Below are positions 1 to 9,358 of a stretch of DNA of 64,000 nucleotides, piece after piece (within the stretch, counting starts at the first letter, position 1; each line of letters opens with the position of its first letter). The translations under genes and the position numbers were made by a program. Below the pieces are notes generated by a model. That model had not been told where the DNA came from, made no database searches, and saw only the letters and a list, made by a program, of their open reading frames with translations. Origin of the DNA: Gemmatimonadaceae bacterium (GTDB lineage: Bacteria > Gemmatimonadota > Gemmatimonadetes > Gemmatimonadales > Gemmatimonadaceae). The stretch spans positions 41,144-105,143 of the forward strand of contig DATEHK010000173.1 in NCBI GenBank assembly GCA_035279625.1. Direction: 5' to 3'.

Positions 1-353
1 AACAGAATCGTGATGACGAACTGGATGCCTGATCCCGCAAACGCGCCAGGAGACGGCCCGCTGCCGAGCGTCCCTCGCTGCCCGCGCCCAGTAGCAGGCG
101 CTGCCGGTCGCCGCTCTGGATCTCTCATTCGCGCGGTAATGTAGGAGCTTGTGAAATTTTTCGCAAGCTAAGGAAGACCCCGCTCCGATCTACCGGACAT
201 AATAACCGTCTAATCGCCAAGTTTCAGTAGCCTCGCAACTTACGAGTTACCCCACCCTTGACGGCTCGTCCCCGTGTTGATAACTTCGCCTTCAGAATCC
301 GTCTCTTCTCTAGCCTGTCCCGGCCGCCCCAATCCGCGGTCGAGCCCCATCTC

Positions 354-839
354 ATGAGCTCCCGTTTCGTCATCTGGTTACTCTGCGCAGGCGCCGTGTT
401 CGTGGCGTGGAGCCCTCACGCCAAACACAACGAGTCCGCCGCCAGCACGACGAACGACCACCGCGCTGACACGGTCGCGAAAAAAGATGTGCCGTCATCA
501 GCTGCGCTCATCGCCGCCACACAGGTATCCGTCGGCTCCGCCGTACATGTCACCCTGCGCGTCACCAACCGCGCGGATCACGCCGTCGAAATCGATTTCC
601 CCAGCGGAAAAACTCACGACGTCGTGATTCTCGATTCCACCGGTCACGAAGTGTGGCGCTGGAGCGAAGGCCGCATGTTCACCCAGGCGGTTCGCAACAC
701 GCTACTCGGCGCCAACGAAAGCGTCACGTATGAGGAAACGTGGAACCCGCGCGGCCTCACCGGGGATTTCACCGCCGTCGCTCGCCTGGAAAGCAACAAT
801 CATCCCATCCAGCAGCGGTTCGACTTCAAGCTGCCCTAG
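354..839 (+). CDS. Membrane-anchored or secreted protein with a BsuPI-like (intracellular proteinase inhibitor) beta-sandwich domain
   Basis: ORF 258..839. The ATG at 354 gives a hydrophobic N-terminus (FVIWLLCAGAVFVAW). The C-terminal ~110 aa (VHVTLRVTNRADHAVEIDFPSGKTHDVVILDSTGHEVWRWSEG...VTYEETWNP) fit the BsuPI-type pattern. Start is uncertain. Confidence 0.55.
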   Translation: MSSRFVIWLLCAGAVFVAWSPHAKHNESAASTTNDHRADTVAKKDVPSSAALIAATQVSVGSAVHVTLRVTNRADHAVEIDFPSGKTHDVVILDSTGHEVWRWSEGRMFTQAVRNTLLGANESVTYEETWNPRGLTGDFTAVARLESNNHPIQQRFDFKLP

Positions 840-939
840 CCGACGCGCTCGCGCGACCTGATCCCAAGGCCACGCACCCTTAACGCTCCGCGCCCCCGCC
901 GCTACCTTTCGCAAACCCGCGGCCGAATCGGAGGGCGCG

Positions 940-1947
940 TTGGCGACACCGGCTCGATCTTCCGCACACGATGACACGCGCGATGTCCAACTCCTCACCG
1001 AGTTGGCCAACGCGAAGCGTTCACTCGTCGATCAGATCGGACGGCGTATCATCGGCCAGCACGATGTCGTCGAGAACCTCGTCGCGGCGCTCCTTAGCGG
1101 AGGACACGCGCTCCTCGTCGGCGTACCGGGTCTCGCGAAAACCCTGCTCGTCCGAACGCTCGCCGACGCCCTCGACCTCTCGTTCTCCCGCGTGCAATTC
1201 ACGCCGGACCTGATGCCGAGTGACATCACCGGCACGGAGTTGCTCGAGGAAGATCACGCCACCGGTCGCCGCGTGTTCAAGTACGTCAAGGGCCCGATCT
1301 TCGCGAACGCAGTGCTCGCCGACGAGATCAACCGCGCACCTCCGAAAACACAGGCCGCGTTACTACAGGCGATGCAGGAACATGCCGTGACAGCGGCAGG
1401 TCGTACGCATCCGCTGCCGGAACCGTTTTTCGTGCTCGCCACGCAAAACCCGATCGAACAGGAAGGCACCTACCCGCTTCCCGAAGCACAGCTCGACCGC
1501 TTCATGTTCGAGCTGCGCGTCGGCTATCCAACCGCCGATGAAGAGGAGCAGGTCGTGGCCACCACTACCAGCGACACCGAAGCGACGGTCACGCCCGTCC
1601 TCGATGCCCAGCGACTCATTGCGCTCCAGCACCTGGTACGGCGGCTTCCCGCCCCGCCCACGGTCGTTCGCTACGCCGTAGCGCTCGCGCGGTCGACGCG
1701 CCCGGATGCGAAGGAAGCCTCGCCCGAGGTGCGGAAGTACGTGAGCTGGGGCGCCGGTCCGCGGGCCTCACAGTACCTGGTGTTAGGCGCCAAGGCCCGC
1801 GCGGCGATGGACGGCCGCGCCGTGCCCGATCTCGACGACGTCCGGTCCGTCGCCCACGTCGTGCTCAGGCACCGCATCGTGCTCAACTTCCAGGGCGAAG
1901 CCGAGGGCATGACGCCGGAGCGGCTCATCCGGCTCGACGAACGCTAG
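940..1947 (+). CDS. MoxR-family AAA+ ATPase (paralog 1)
   Basis: Walker A GVPGLAKT, Walker [15 protein letters not shown], and [22 protein letters not shown] typical of MoxR. TTG start is preceded by GGAGGG. Confidence 0.9.
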   Translation: MATPARSSAHDDTRDVQLLTELANAKRSLVDQIGRRIIGQHDVVENLVAALLSGGHALLVGVPGLAKTLLVRTLADALDLSFSRVQFTPDLMPSDITGTELLEEDHATGRRVFKYVKGPIFANAVLADEINRAPPKTQAALLQAMQEHAVTAAGRTHPLPEPFFVLATQNPIEQEGTYPLPEAQLDRFMFELRVGYPTADEEEQVVATTTSDTEATVTPVLDAQRLIALQHLVRRLPAPPTVVRYAVALARSTRPDAKEASPEVRKYVSWGAGPRASQYLVLGAKARAAMDGRAVPDLDDVRSVAHVVLRHRIVLNFQGEAEGMTPERLIRLDER

Positions 1948-1961
1948 GCTGTCCGTCTCTG

Positions 1962-1985
1962 CGTTAGGCCGTTAGCTCGTTAGGC
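1962..1985 (+). repeat. Three tandem 8-mers CGTTAGGC-CGTTAGCT-CGTTAGGC in a convergent intergenic spacer
   Basis: Read directly at 1962-1969, 1970-1977 and 1978-1985. A fourth related copy, CGCTAGGC (1942-1949), spans the MoxR stop codon. These are copies of the window-wide GTTAGGC motif. Confidence 0.85.
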
Positions 1986-2018
1986 GCGACCCGTCGGCCG
2001 CGTTGGGCCCGCCGCGGT

Positions 2019-3875
2019 TCAGTCTTCGTCGCCCTCGGCCGCGCCTTCCTCCCCGCTCCACCACCGCCGCCACCACGGCGGCCGCGACTCCGGCGCCAAG
2101 GTCCGGTCCACCGCCCTCCGCCACGCATCGCGCATCTCCGCCGCGTCGGCGAACCGCTGCTCGGCGACCGGCGCCAGCCCCCGCTCCAACCACTCCGCGA
2201 TCGCCTCGGGATAGCCGGACAAATCCACGTCACCAGACAATTCGCGCCCCAAAATCGCGCGGCCGTCGCCCACGCCAAACGGCGGCTCACCCGACAAGAG
2301 GTAGGTCACGATCGCCGCCAACCCGAAGCAGTCCACTTGCGGCCCCTGGCCTTCGCCTAACAATTGCTCGGGCGCCGCGAACTCCGGCGTACCCGTGGTG
2401 CTGCTCAGTAGCTCTTCGCCCGTGATCTTCGCCACGCCGAAGTCCGCAATCCGCCACCGCCGATGACGGTCGATCAAGATGTTCTCCGGCTTGAGATCGC
2501 GGTGCACAATTCCAATCGCGTGCGCTGCTGCAAGCCCGTCCAACACCTGATCCACGTGCGACGCGATCTGCTCCACCAATCGCGGCCCCGAGCGCTTCAC
2601 CAAGTCGGTCAGCGAGCCGTTCTCCGCCAACTCCATCGTGTACCATGACACGCCGCCGTTGCTGTCCCAGTCGTAGATCGGCACGATCGCCGGATGCGCC
2701 AGTTGCGCCGCGAGCTGCGCTTCACGCCGGAACCGACGCACGGCGATCTCGTCGTTCGCCACTTGCGGGTGCAACATCTTGAGCGCCACTTCGCGCTCGA
2801 GCGTCAGATCGCGCACCCGCCATACCGAGCCGAATGTTCCGGAGCCGAGTCGCGCGATCACCTCGTAATCTTCGCCCGTCGCCCACCGGAGCCGCTCCTC
2901 TTCGGCGTCGCCTAACGGACGGATCGCCGGCATGGAACCGCTGATGTAGAGCGACGACCGTCCGCCGCCTCCTACCGCGCGCTCGAGCTCGCGCAGCATC
3001 GCGGCCACCGAGTGATACCGCTTCTCCGGATCGCGCTCCAACGCTCGATTGAGCACGCGCGCCACTGCCTGCGGGCAGTCCGGCCGTACCAACGGCAGCG
3101 GCGGCACGTCCGCCGGAGGATACTCGCCCGTGAGCGACGCGAACGCCGTCGCCGCCAATTGCCACTGGTCGCTCTCCGGCGTCGGCAGCCACTCGTCGTT
3201 CGGCCACTCCGGCGCACGCGGCAGGCGGCCTGGAAACGGCATCAGCCCGGCGGGAATCAAGTTGCGCGGCAACGCCCACTCCCACGCCAGCAGCCACAGT
3301 TGCCCCGTCGGCGTCAACCAAATCGACTCGCCGCACACGGCGCCGTGCGCCGTCCCTGTGGTATGCAGATACGCGAGCGCCAATCCGGTCGAACGAAGTA
3401 GCTGGAGCGACGTCCCCAAGTCGTCGGGCCCAACGCGGCGAATCCGCCCTGCCACGCTTTCGCCAGAGATCCACCGCCGCACATACGCCGGCCCGCGTCG
3501 ACTCTGCGGCCCACCTGGCCACCAATCGTACGCCGTCGGAATCGACGAATGCGCCCGATGCGCCAGCGCCCGCGCCTCCGCGCCCAGCCACACCGGGTGA
3601 GCCGGGTCCGGTACGGTCACCAGCGAAAGCGACCTGCCGAGTGCGTCGACGACCTCTTGATAGTGGCGGTTTTCCGCCAGCACACCCTCGGCGCCCCACG
3701 ACCAACCCGCTGGCAGTTGCCAGCTTTCGATGTGCGACGGAAGTTTCGCCGTCACGCTGTGCGGCGAAGAGGCGCCCGGGACCAACGGCGAAATTCCCGT
3801 GTCGGGCGCTGCGTCCGGTGGTGCCGGCGTCCCGCCGGGACGCGAGCCGACACCGTTGGGCGGCGTGACGCTCAC
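2019..3875 (-). CDS. Ser/Thr protein kinase with an N-terminal degenerate kinase-like (pseudokinase) domain
   Basis: The C-terminal half has full Hanks motifs (GSGTFGSV, VALK, HRDLKPENIL, DFG, GTPEFAAPE). The N-terminal half is kinase-like but lacks catalytic residues. GTG start. Confidence 0.85.
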   Translation of the reverse strand: MSVTPPNGVGSRPGGTPAPPDAAPDTGISPLVPGASSPHSVTAKLPSHIESWQLPAGWSWGAEGVLAENRHYQEVVDALGRSLSLVTVPDPAHPVWLGAEARALAHRAHSSIPTAYDWWPGGPQSRRGPAYVRRWISGESVAGRIRRVGPDDLGTSLQLLRSTGLALAYLHTTGTAHGAVCGESIWLTPTGQLWLLAWEWALPRNLIPAGLMPFPGRLPRAPEWPNDEWLPTPESDQWQLAATAFASLTGEYPPADVPPLPLVRPDCPQAVARVLNRALERDPEKRYHSVAAMLRELERAVGGGGRSSLYISGSMPAIRPLGDAEEERLRWATGEDYEVIARLGSGTFGSVWRVRDLTLEREVALKMLHPQVANDEIAVRRFRREAQLAAQLAHPAIVPIYDWDSNGGVSWYTMELAENGSLTDLVKRSGPRLVEQIASHVDQVLDGLAAAHAIGIVHRDLKPENILIDRHRRWRIADFGVAKITGEELLSSTTGTPEFAAPEQLLGEGQGPQVDCFGLAAIVTYLLSGEPPFGVGDGRAILGRELSGDVDLSGYPEAIAEWLERGLAPVAEQRFADAAEMRDAWRRAVDRTLAPESRPPWWRRWWSGEEGAAEGDED

Positions 3876-3931
3876 GAGCCAAACCTATAGTCCGTGCGGG
3901 CCACGGCCAAGCACGCAATCAACGGATACAC

Positions 3932-4435
3932 ATGGACACGACTCCGCCATTCATCGTCTTCGAGCCGCTCCACGACGGTGTCTCTGCGCCCACGCGCGCG
4001 ACGACCGGTGCCGCCGGCTACGACGTCCGCGCCCATCTGGTCGGCCGCTCCGTACGAACGTGGCGCCACGGCGTTGAAATCGCGCAGTCCGCGGACACGA
4101 ACGGCGTGATTGTCCTCGAACCGGACGACGTCGCCCTCGTCCCGCTCGGGTTCCGCGCGCGACTACCCGACGGCTACGAGGCCCAAGTGCGCCTCCGCAG
4201 CTCCATCGCCTTTCGTCGTGGACTTATGCTGCCCAATGCGCCGGGCACAATCGATGCCGACTATCCCGATGAATGGCTCGTGATGGTGCGCAACGTGTCC
4301 TCGACGCCCGTGACCATCGAGCACGGTGAGCGCATTGCGCAGATCATCCTCCATCGCTACGCAACGCTCGACTGGTCCACCGGCGTCGTGGGTCGTTCCA
4401 CTGATCGCCAGGGCGGCATCGGCAGCACGGGCTGA
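3932..4435 (+). CDS. dut: dUTP diphosphatase
   Basis: Conserved dUTPase motifs: GAAGYDVRA, GTIDADYPDE, GERIAQII, RQGGIGSTG. Confidence 0.9.
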   Translation: MDTTPPFIVFEPLHDGVSAPTRATTGAAGYDVRAHLVGRSVRTWRHGVEIAQSADTNGVIVLEPDDVALVPLGFRARLPDGYEAQVRLRSSIAFRRGLMLPNAPGTIDADYPDEWLVMVRNVSSTPVTIEHGERIAQIILHRYATLDWSTGVVGRSTDRQGGIGSTG

Positions 4436-4553
4436 CGCGTCGCGCCACACTGCCTAAAAATCGTACGACACTGTAGTACGAAATGACGCTCGCGTGACGA
4501 GCTCGGCGTTAGTACCTTGATCGGGCCGCCAATCACGGTACGGGGCGTCTAGC

Positions 4554-7500
4554 ATGATCCACTTGGTGGGACTCGGACACGCCGTCATAACTGTCGGCGT
4601 CACTCGCCTAACGCAAGCCAGCGAGACGTTATTCGCGTCGGCGTTATTGTTCGTTCGCGAAGCCGGCCGGCCGATCGAACGGCATCGCATCGTCGAGATG
4701 CTGTGGCCGCGCACGTCCGCCCAACGCGCGAATCACCGCCTCCGACAAACGCTCTACCGGCTCAACACCCTCGGCGCCTCGCTGCGCTCCGATCGAGGCC
4801 ACGTCATCTTGCCCGCGCGTTCGGCCCAATCGGATTTCGCTGAGGTCCTCGCCGCCGGACGCGCCGCCGACCCCAAGCGCGTCGCCGAGTTGGTGCAAGG
4901 ACCGTTTCTCCCCGGATACGCGCCGCGCTTCTCCGCGCCGTTCAGCAAGTGGCTCGAGCACGAGCGCGATGTCGTCACATCGAGCTTGCGCCGCGTGCTC
5001 GTTTCCGCCATCGCCGTCCAACGGGACCGGGGCGACTGGGCTGCCGTCGAACGACTCGCGACGCGGTGTCTGCTGCTCGACCCGCTCAACGAGGACGCGA
5101 CCTACGCCCTCGCCCAAGTCGCCGCCGAACACGGCGGCAGAGTGCGCGCACTCGAAATCATCGATGCGTACCTGCGCGAGCTTGGAGACGTCGCCGGCCT
5201 TGTCCGCGTGCCCGTCACGCTGCTCAGACGCCGCATCGGCGAATCCAACTCCTCCGATCCCGACGACGGACGCGACACGTCACAAGTCGGGCGCGAGCAC
5301 GAAATGCACGACATCAAGCGCGTGCTGCAAGGTCTGTTCGCGGCGCGCGGCGAAACCTGTCTGGTGTGCGGCGAAGAAGGTATCGGCAAGTCGCGCTTCG
5401 CAGCGGAAATCGCCCGCGTCGCGCAGCTCGACGGCATCAAGGTCGTGCGCGTCGAAAGCCAAGCGCATGACGCCGACCGTCCGTTAGCCGGCATCATCGA
5501 AGTCGTGCGACGTGTCCGGGCGATGCGAGGCGCCATCGCCGTCGCCGAATCCTCGAAGCGCACCATCGACGCGATCCTGTTGGCCGCGACGGACGCCGTC
5601 GGCGATACCGAGCAGTTCCACACGCGCGTCCGCTCGGCTCTCATCGATCTCGTCGACGCGGTCTCGCACGAACAGCCCGTCGTGCTCATCATCGAAGATG
5701 CGCAATGGCTCGACGGCGCGTCGTGGGCCTGCGTTCGCGCCCTGTCCCGGTGGGCGCTCAAGCATCGTGCACTCACCATCTTGACGTCCAAGCACGCCGA
5801 TATCGCGAGCCAGTTCGACTGCACCGACGCCGTGCGGCCGCGCGTCATGCGACTCCAGCCGCTCGATGAGACCTCGAGTCGCTCGCTCGTGCAACACGTG
5901 ATCGCTGGATCGAGTCGCGACGGGAACGAGTCGTTCACCGAATGGTGCGTCGCCCGCGGCGGCGGCAACCCGTACGTCCTCACCGAGCTGGCGCTTCGCG
6001 CCGAAGGCGACACCGAACCGTTTCGCGCCCCGGCCGCGCTCGAACGCATCGCCTCCGAACGCCTGGGCACACTCCGCGACGTTCCGCTGCGCATCCTCCA
6101 GGCCGTCGCCGTGCTGGAGCGCAGCTCGACCACCTGCCACGTCGAGGAGTTGTTGGGCATCACTCGGTTAGGCCTGCTCGATGGCCTCGATGCGCTTGGC
6201 ATCGCCGGCATGATCGGCATGGAGCGCGACCGCATCGTGCTGCGCCACCGGCTGACGGCCGAAGTGGCGCTCGATCGCCTGTCGCGGCCGGCGCGTCAGC
6301 TCCTGCATCGCCGCGCCGCGGAACTACTCGAGCGCGATCGCTCCACGGACGATTCCGGCGACCTCGCCGGCGCGTGCGCGGAGCACTGGCAGTACGCCGG
6401 CGAACACATTCGGGCCATCGAGCTCCTCACCGGCGCCGCCACACGCCTAACGGGGCGCGGCATGCCCATCGAAGCAGCACGCCTGTACGAGCGCGCCGCG
6501 CAGATCGCAACCTCGCCGCCCGACAAGGTGCACCACCTCACCGCGCGCGCCCACGCCCTGTTCCTCGGCGCCAATTGGGAGCCGTTCGTCCACGTTGCAA
6601 CCGAGCTCGAGTCCCTGCAGCGGCATGCCTCGCCACCCGCCGAGCGTCACGACGACACCGAGCTCGAGCTCTCGCTCGCCAAATGGCGGCTCGGCGTCGA
6701 TCGCCGGGAACTGCTCGCCGACGCGACGCGCTGCGCGGCCGCCGCCGGCGCATCCACCACGCATCGTCTCGCCGCCGCTGCCTGGGCGCTCATGCTCGCG
6801 GACAACCTGTGCGACGATCGCGCCGCTACCGCTGTGATGCGCGCGTCCACATCGGCACTCTCCGCGTCCGACCCGAATGAAGCAGCTGCAGCGTGCCTGC
6901 GCATGGTGTACCACACCGCGTTCGGCAATCCGCAGTCCGGTCTCGAAGCCGCCTATCGTCTCCTGGATTCGCAGCTCGCCGCACCAGATGGGGGCGACAA
7001 GGCGAAATTCCTCTCGCATGCATCGGCAGCGCTTCGTCTCTGTGGCGCGCCTATCGTCGAAGCACGCCAAGCCGCCGCGAGCGCCCTCGAGATCTCCCAA
7101 CGCTTGGGACTCGCCGCGTACGCCGCGCCAGCTGCCAACCAGATCACACTCGCCTACCTCGCCGAGGGCGACACTGCGACCGCTGGTGGATGGTTCGACA
7201 AGGCGCTCTGGCTCATGCAGCACAGCGCTGACACGGTGGGCAGATCCACGATTCTGAGTAACGGCGCCGAGATCGCCCTGCGGGAACGCCGGTTAGGCGA
7301 CGCCGAACGCCTGATCAAGGAGAGCGAACAGGCCGTCGGCAACGCACCCTCGCCCAGATCCGACATTCGCTTGGTCTCGTTCCGGTGGCGGCTGCATCTT
7401 CTGCGCGGCGACGCGGATCCGAACGAGCACGACCTCCGGACGTTCTCCCACTTGCATCGCCGGACGCGGAAGGCGAACGGCCAGGACTTTTCGACGGCCG

Positions 7501-7643
7501 TTCTTCTCGAGCTGCTGCTCCTGCGCGGCCGTCGGCGCGAGGCGGCGCGCCTGCTCGCCGACTACCTGCGGCGATTCAGACGCCCGATGGCGTCGCTCGA
7601 GCCCGACCTCGAACGCCTGCGTTCCGAATTGGGAGTGGACTGA
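4554..7643 (+). CDS. AfsR/SARP-like STAND NTPase regulator (winged-helix/BTAD N-terminus, P-loop ATPase, TPR-like C-terminus)
   Basis: N-terminus IVEMLWP...HRLRQTLYRLN, P-loop GEEGIGKSRF, Walker-B-like VVLIIEDAQWLD, and a long helical repeat tail. 1029 aa. Confidence 0.7.
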   Translation: MIHLVGLGHAVITVGVTRLTQASETLFASALLFVREAGRPIERHRIVEMLWPRTSAQRANHRLRQTLYRLNTLGASLRSDRGHVILPARSAQSDFAEVLAAGRAADPKRVAELVQGPFLPGYAPRFSAPFSKWLEHERDVVTSSLRRVLVSAIAVQRDRGDWAAVERLATRCLLLDPLNEDATYALAQVAAEHGGRVRALEIIDAYLRELGDVAGLVRVPVTLLRRRIGESNSSDPDDGRDTSQVGREHEMHDIKRVLQGLFAARGETCLVCGEEGIGKSRFAAEIARVAQLDGIKVVRVESQAHDADRPLAGIIEVVRRVRAMRGAIAVAESSKRTIDAILLAATDAVGDTEQFHTRVRSALIDLVDAVSHEQPVVLIIEDAQWLDGASWACVRALSRWALKHRALTILTSKHADIASQFDCTDAVRPRVMRLQPLDETSSRSLVQHVIAGSSRDGNESFTEWCVARGGGNPYVLTELALRAEGDTEPFRAPAALERIASERLGTLRDVPLRILQAVAVLERSSTTCHVEELLGITRLGLLDGLDALGIAGMIGMERDRIVLRHRLTAEVALDRLSRPARQLLHRRAAELLERDRSTDDSGDLAGACAEHWQYAGEHIRAIELLTGAATRLTGRGMPIEAARLYERAAQIATSPPDKVHHLTARAHALFLGANWEPFVHVATELESLQRHASPPAERHDDTELELSLAKWRLGVDRRELLADATRCAAAAGASTTHRLAAAAWALMLADNLCDDRAATAVMRASTSALSASDPNEAAAACLRMVYHTAFGNPQSGLEAAYRLLDSQLAAPDGGDKAKFLSHASAALRLCGAPIVEARQAAASALEISQRLGLAAYAAPAANQITLAYLAEGDTATAGGWFDKALWLMQHSADTVGRSTILSNGAEIALRERRLGDAERLIKESEQAVGNAPSPRSDIRLVSFRWRLHLLRGDADPNEHDLRTFSHLHRRTRKANGQDFSTAVLLELLLLRGRRREAARLLADYLRRFRRPMASLEPDLERLRSELGVD

Positions 7644-7660
7644 TTCCGCCCAACGGGCAG

Positions 7661-8995
7661 CTACGCAAGCTGCGCGACCGAGATCTCCTTGGTTCGCGAG
7701 GGCGCGGCGTCGCGTAAGGCAGGCGATGCGAAGAGCAGGCCGAACATCGGACTGGCGAGGAGTTCATCGCAGATCTTGGGGTCGAACTGGCGCCCGCGAA
7801 ACTTGGTGAGCTCCGACCTCACCTGCAGCTCGCCCAACGCCTTGCGATACGGCCGGTCCGTGGTCATCGCGTCGATCGTGTCGGCGATGAGCACGACGCG
7901 TGAGCCTAACGGAATCTGCTCGCCGGCCAGGCCGTCGGGATACCCGCTGCCATCCCAGTTCTCGTGGTGGTGCCGCACGGCGGATACCAGGTCGCGCAGC
8001 TGCGACACCGTCGACACCAGCTCCGCGCTCTTGATCGGATGCGTCTGCATCACCGCCCACTCGTCCGCCGTGAGCTTGTCCGGCTTCCGCAGGATCGGCG
8101 CGTAGATCTCGTGGATCTTGCCCACGTCGTGCAGCAGCGCCGCCGTCGCGATCCGCTCGATCTCACGCGAGTTGAGACCTAACGCACGGGCGATGAGCTT
8201 CGCATAGTGCGACACGCGCCGTGAGTGGCCGGACGTGTACGGGTCGCGTGCCTCGATGGCCTTGACCATGAGCTCGAGCAACTCCTGGTTCACGCGCTCG
8301 AGCTGGCGATTCGTCTTGTACAGCTGTCGCACACCCAACAGGGGCAGCGCGAGCACCAGCGCGCCGAAGGCCCCGAATCGCGCGTAGCACCACGCGAGCA
8401 AAAACGCAACCGGGCTCGCGAGAACATCGTACGCCAAGCTGCCAAGGTGATTCTGGCGCCAGACCTTCAACAGGTTTTTGCTGTCGTTCGTGGCGATGGC
8501 ACCGCTCACCGCCATCGTGTTCACGGCTATGAACACGATCACCATCACCGAGAACGGGACGCCGACCGTCGCCATCGCCTGTGGCGCGCTCAACCCGCTG
8601 TACTGCAGCAAGGGCTTCCCGCCCAACAAGTCGTACGACAATATCGCCAGCGACGTCGCCAGCGACATCTGGACCACGTTGAAGACCTTCTTCACCCCGT
8701 CCCGCGTGCTGATGATCTCGGTGATGATGTTCGTCACCGAGACCGCGAGCACTGCAATCCAGTTAGGCGAGAGGAGCGCCGTGGCCGTGAACGGGATGAA
8801 CCCGATCGACCCTCCGGCGCCGGCCGGCAGTTGGTACACCAAAAGCAGCGCGAACACCGACAACCCGGACATCCACAGCGCTGCGCGTATGGACCCCGCG
8901 TCGACCATCGGCGCAGTCCAATAGACGCAGATGGCCGCCGCCACTGCGCCCAACGCAACCCCCGACACATACAGTCGGACCCGGTTCATTCGCAC
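7661..8995 (-). CDS. Multi-pass membrane HD-GYP domain protein (putative c-di-GMP phosphodiesterase)
   Basis: About 6-7 hydrophobic helices in the first ~200 aa. C-terminal LLHDVGKI ... HHENWDGSGYPDGL. Confidence 0.85.
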   Translation of the reverse strand: MRMNRVRLYVSGVALGAVAAAICVYWTAPMVDAGSIRAALWMSGLSVFALLLVYQLPAGAGGSIGFIPFTATALLSPNWIAVLAVSVTNIITEIISTRDGVKKVFNVVQMSLATSLAILSYDLLGGKPLLQYSGLSAPQAMATVGVPFSVMVIVFIAVNTMAVSGAIATNDSKNLLKVWRQNHLGSLAYDVLASPVAFLLAWCYARFGAFGALVLALPLLGVRQLYKTNRQLERVNQELLELMVKAIEARDPYTSGHSRRVSHYAKLIARALGLNSREIERIATAALLHDVGKIHEIYAPILRKPDKLTADEWAVMQTHPIKSAELVSTVSQLRDLVSAVRHHHENWDGSGYPDGLAGEQIPLGSRVVLIADTIDAMTTDRPYRKALGELQVRSELTKFRGRQFDPKICDELLASPMFGLLFASPALRDAAPSRTKEISVAQLA

Positions 8996-9028
8996 CGCTG
9001 CGGAAAAGAGGAACCCCCGTCCCCGGAC

Positions 9029-9100
9029 CTACCACCAGTGTGCGGTGTCAGTCGCAACGACCGCGTACATCGACGTAACGAGCTGGGTCAAGAATGACAT
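9029..9100 (-). CDS. Candidate 23-codon small ORF / leader peptide upstream of the HD-GYP gene
   Basis: Below the ORF-track size cut-off. ATG at 9100 lies 7 nt downstream of GGGAGGTGA. It encodes MSFLTQLVTSMYAVVATDTAHWW, with the stop at 9029-9031, 33 nt before the HD-GYP start. Only the Shine-Dalgarno strength and the position support it. Confidence 0.25.
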   Translation of the reverse strand: MSFLTQLVTSMYAVVATDTAHWW

Positions 9101-9358
9101 TTCGCGTCACCTCCCTTTCGTGAAGTCACACCAGGCACTCGCCAGATGTGCTAAAGGTCGGCTCCGCTCAACTACATGGCCCTGCCCGCTCAGCTTCGCT
9201 CAGCCGAGGATCGGGGGTTGTTATCTGTGTTGGTCGATCGTGTCGTTAGAACGTGAGAAATCGTACAACAGGGAAGAAGCACCACCGACAGCCGTCCCAC
9301 CACCGACGATGCTGCACCGCAGGCACCTTGGATCGGCCAGGTCTCGCGATTCCGCGCC

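Noticed and set aside
1-144. Open reading frame running in from the left edge on the plus strand (stop TAG at 142-144)
   Set aside because: Only 47 codons are visible, there is no recognisable motif and the GC3 is unremarkable. I cannot support a gene call.
2722-3918. 398-aa ORF, and many similar long ORFs in the track (for example 5102..6235, 55054..56277, 61122..62897, 56299..57273), overlapping annotated genes on the opposite strand or out of frame
   Set aside because: Their translations are Arg/Ala/Pro/Gly-rich with no motifs. This is typical of stop-codon-poor alternative frames in high-GC DNA. In each case the partner frame encodes a protein with clear family signatures.
4554-7643. Antiviral STAND (Avs-like) defence protein
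   Set aside because: The architecture is P-loop plus TPR, but the N-terminus is a winged-helix/BTAD-type DNA-binding module rather than a nuclease or protease effector. This fits AfsR/SARP-type transcription regulators.
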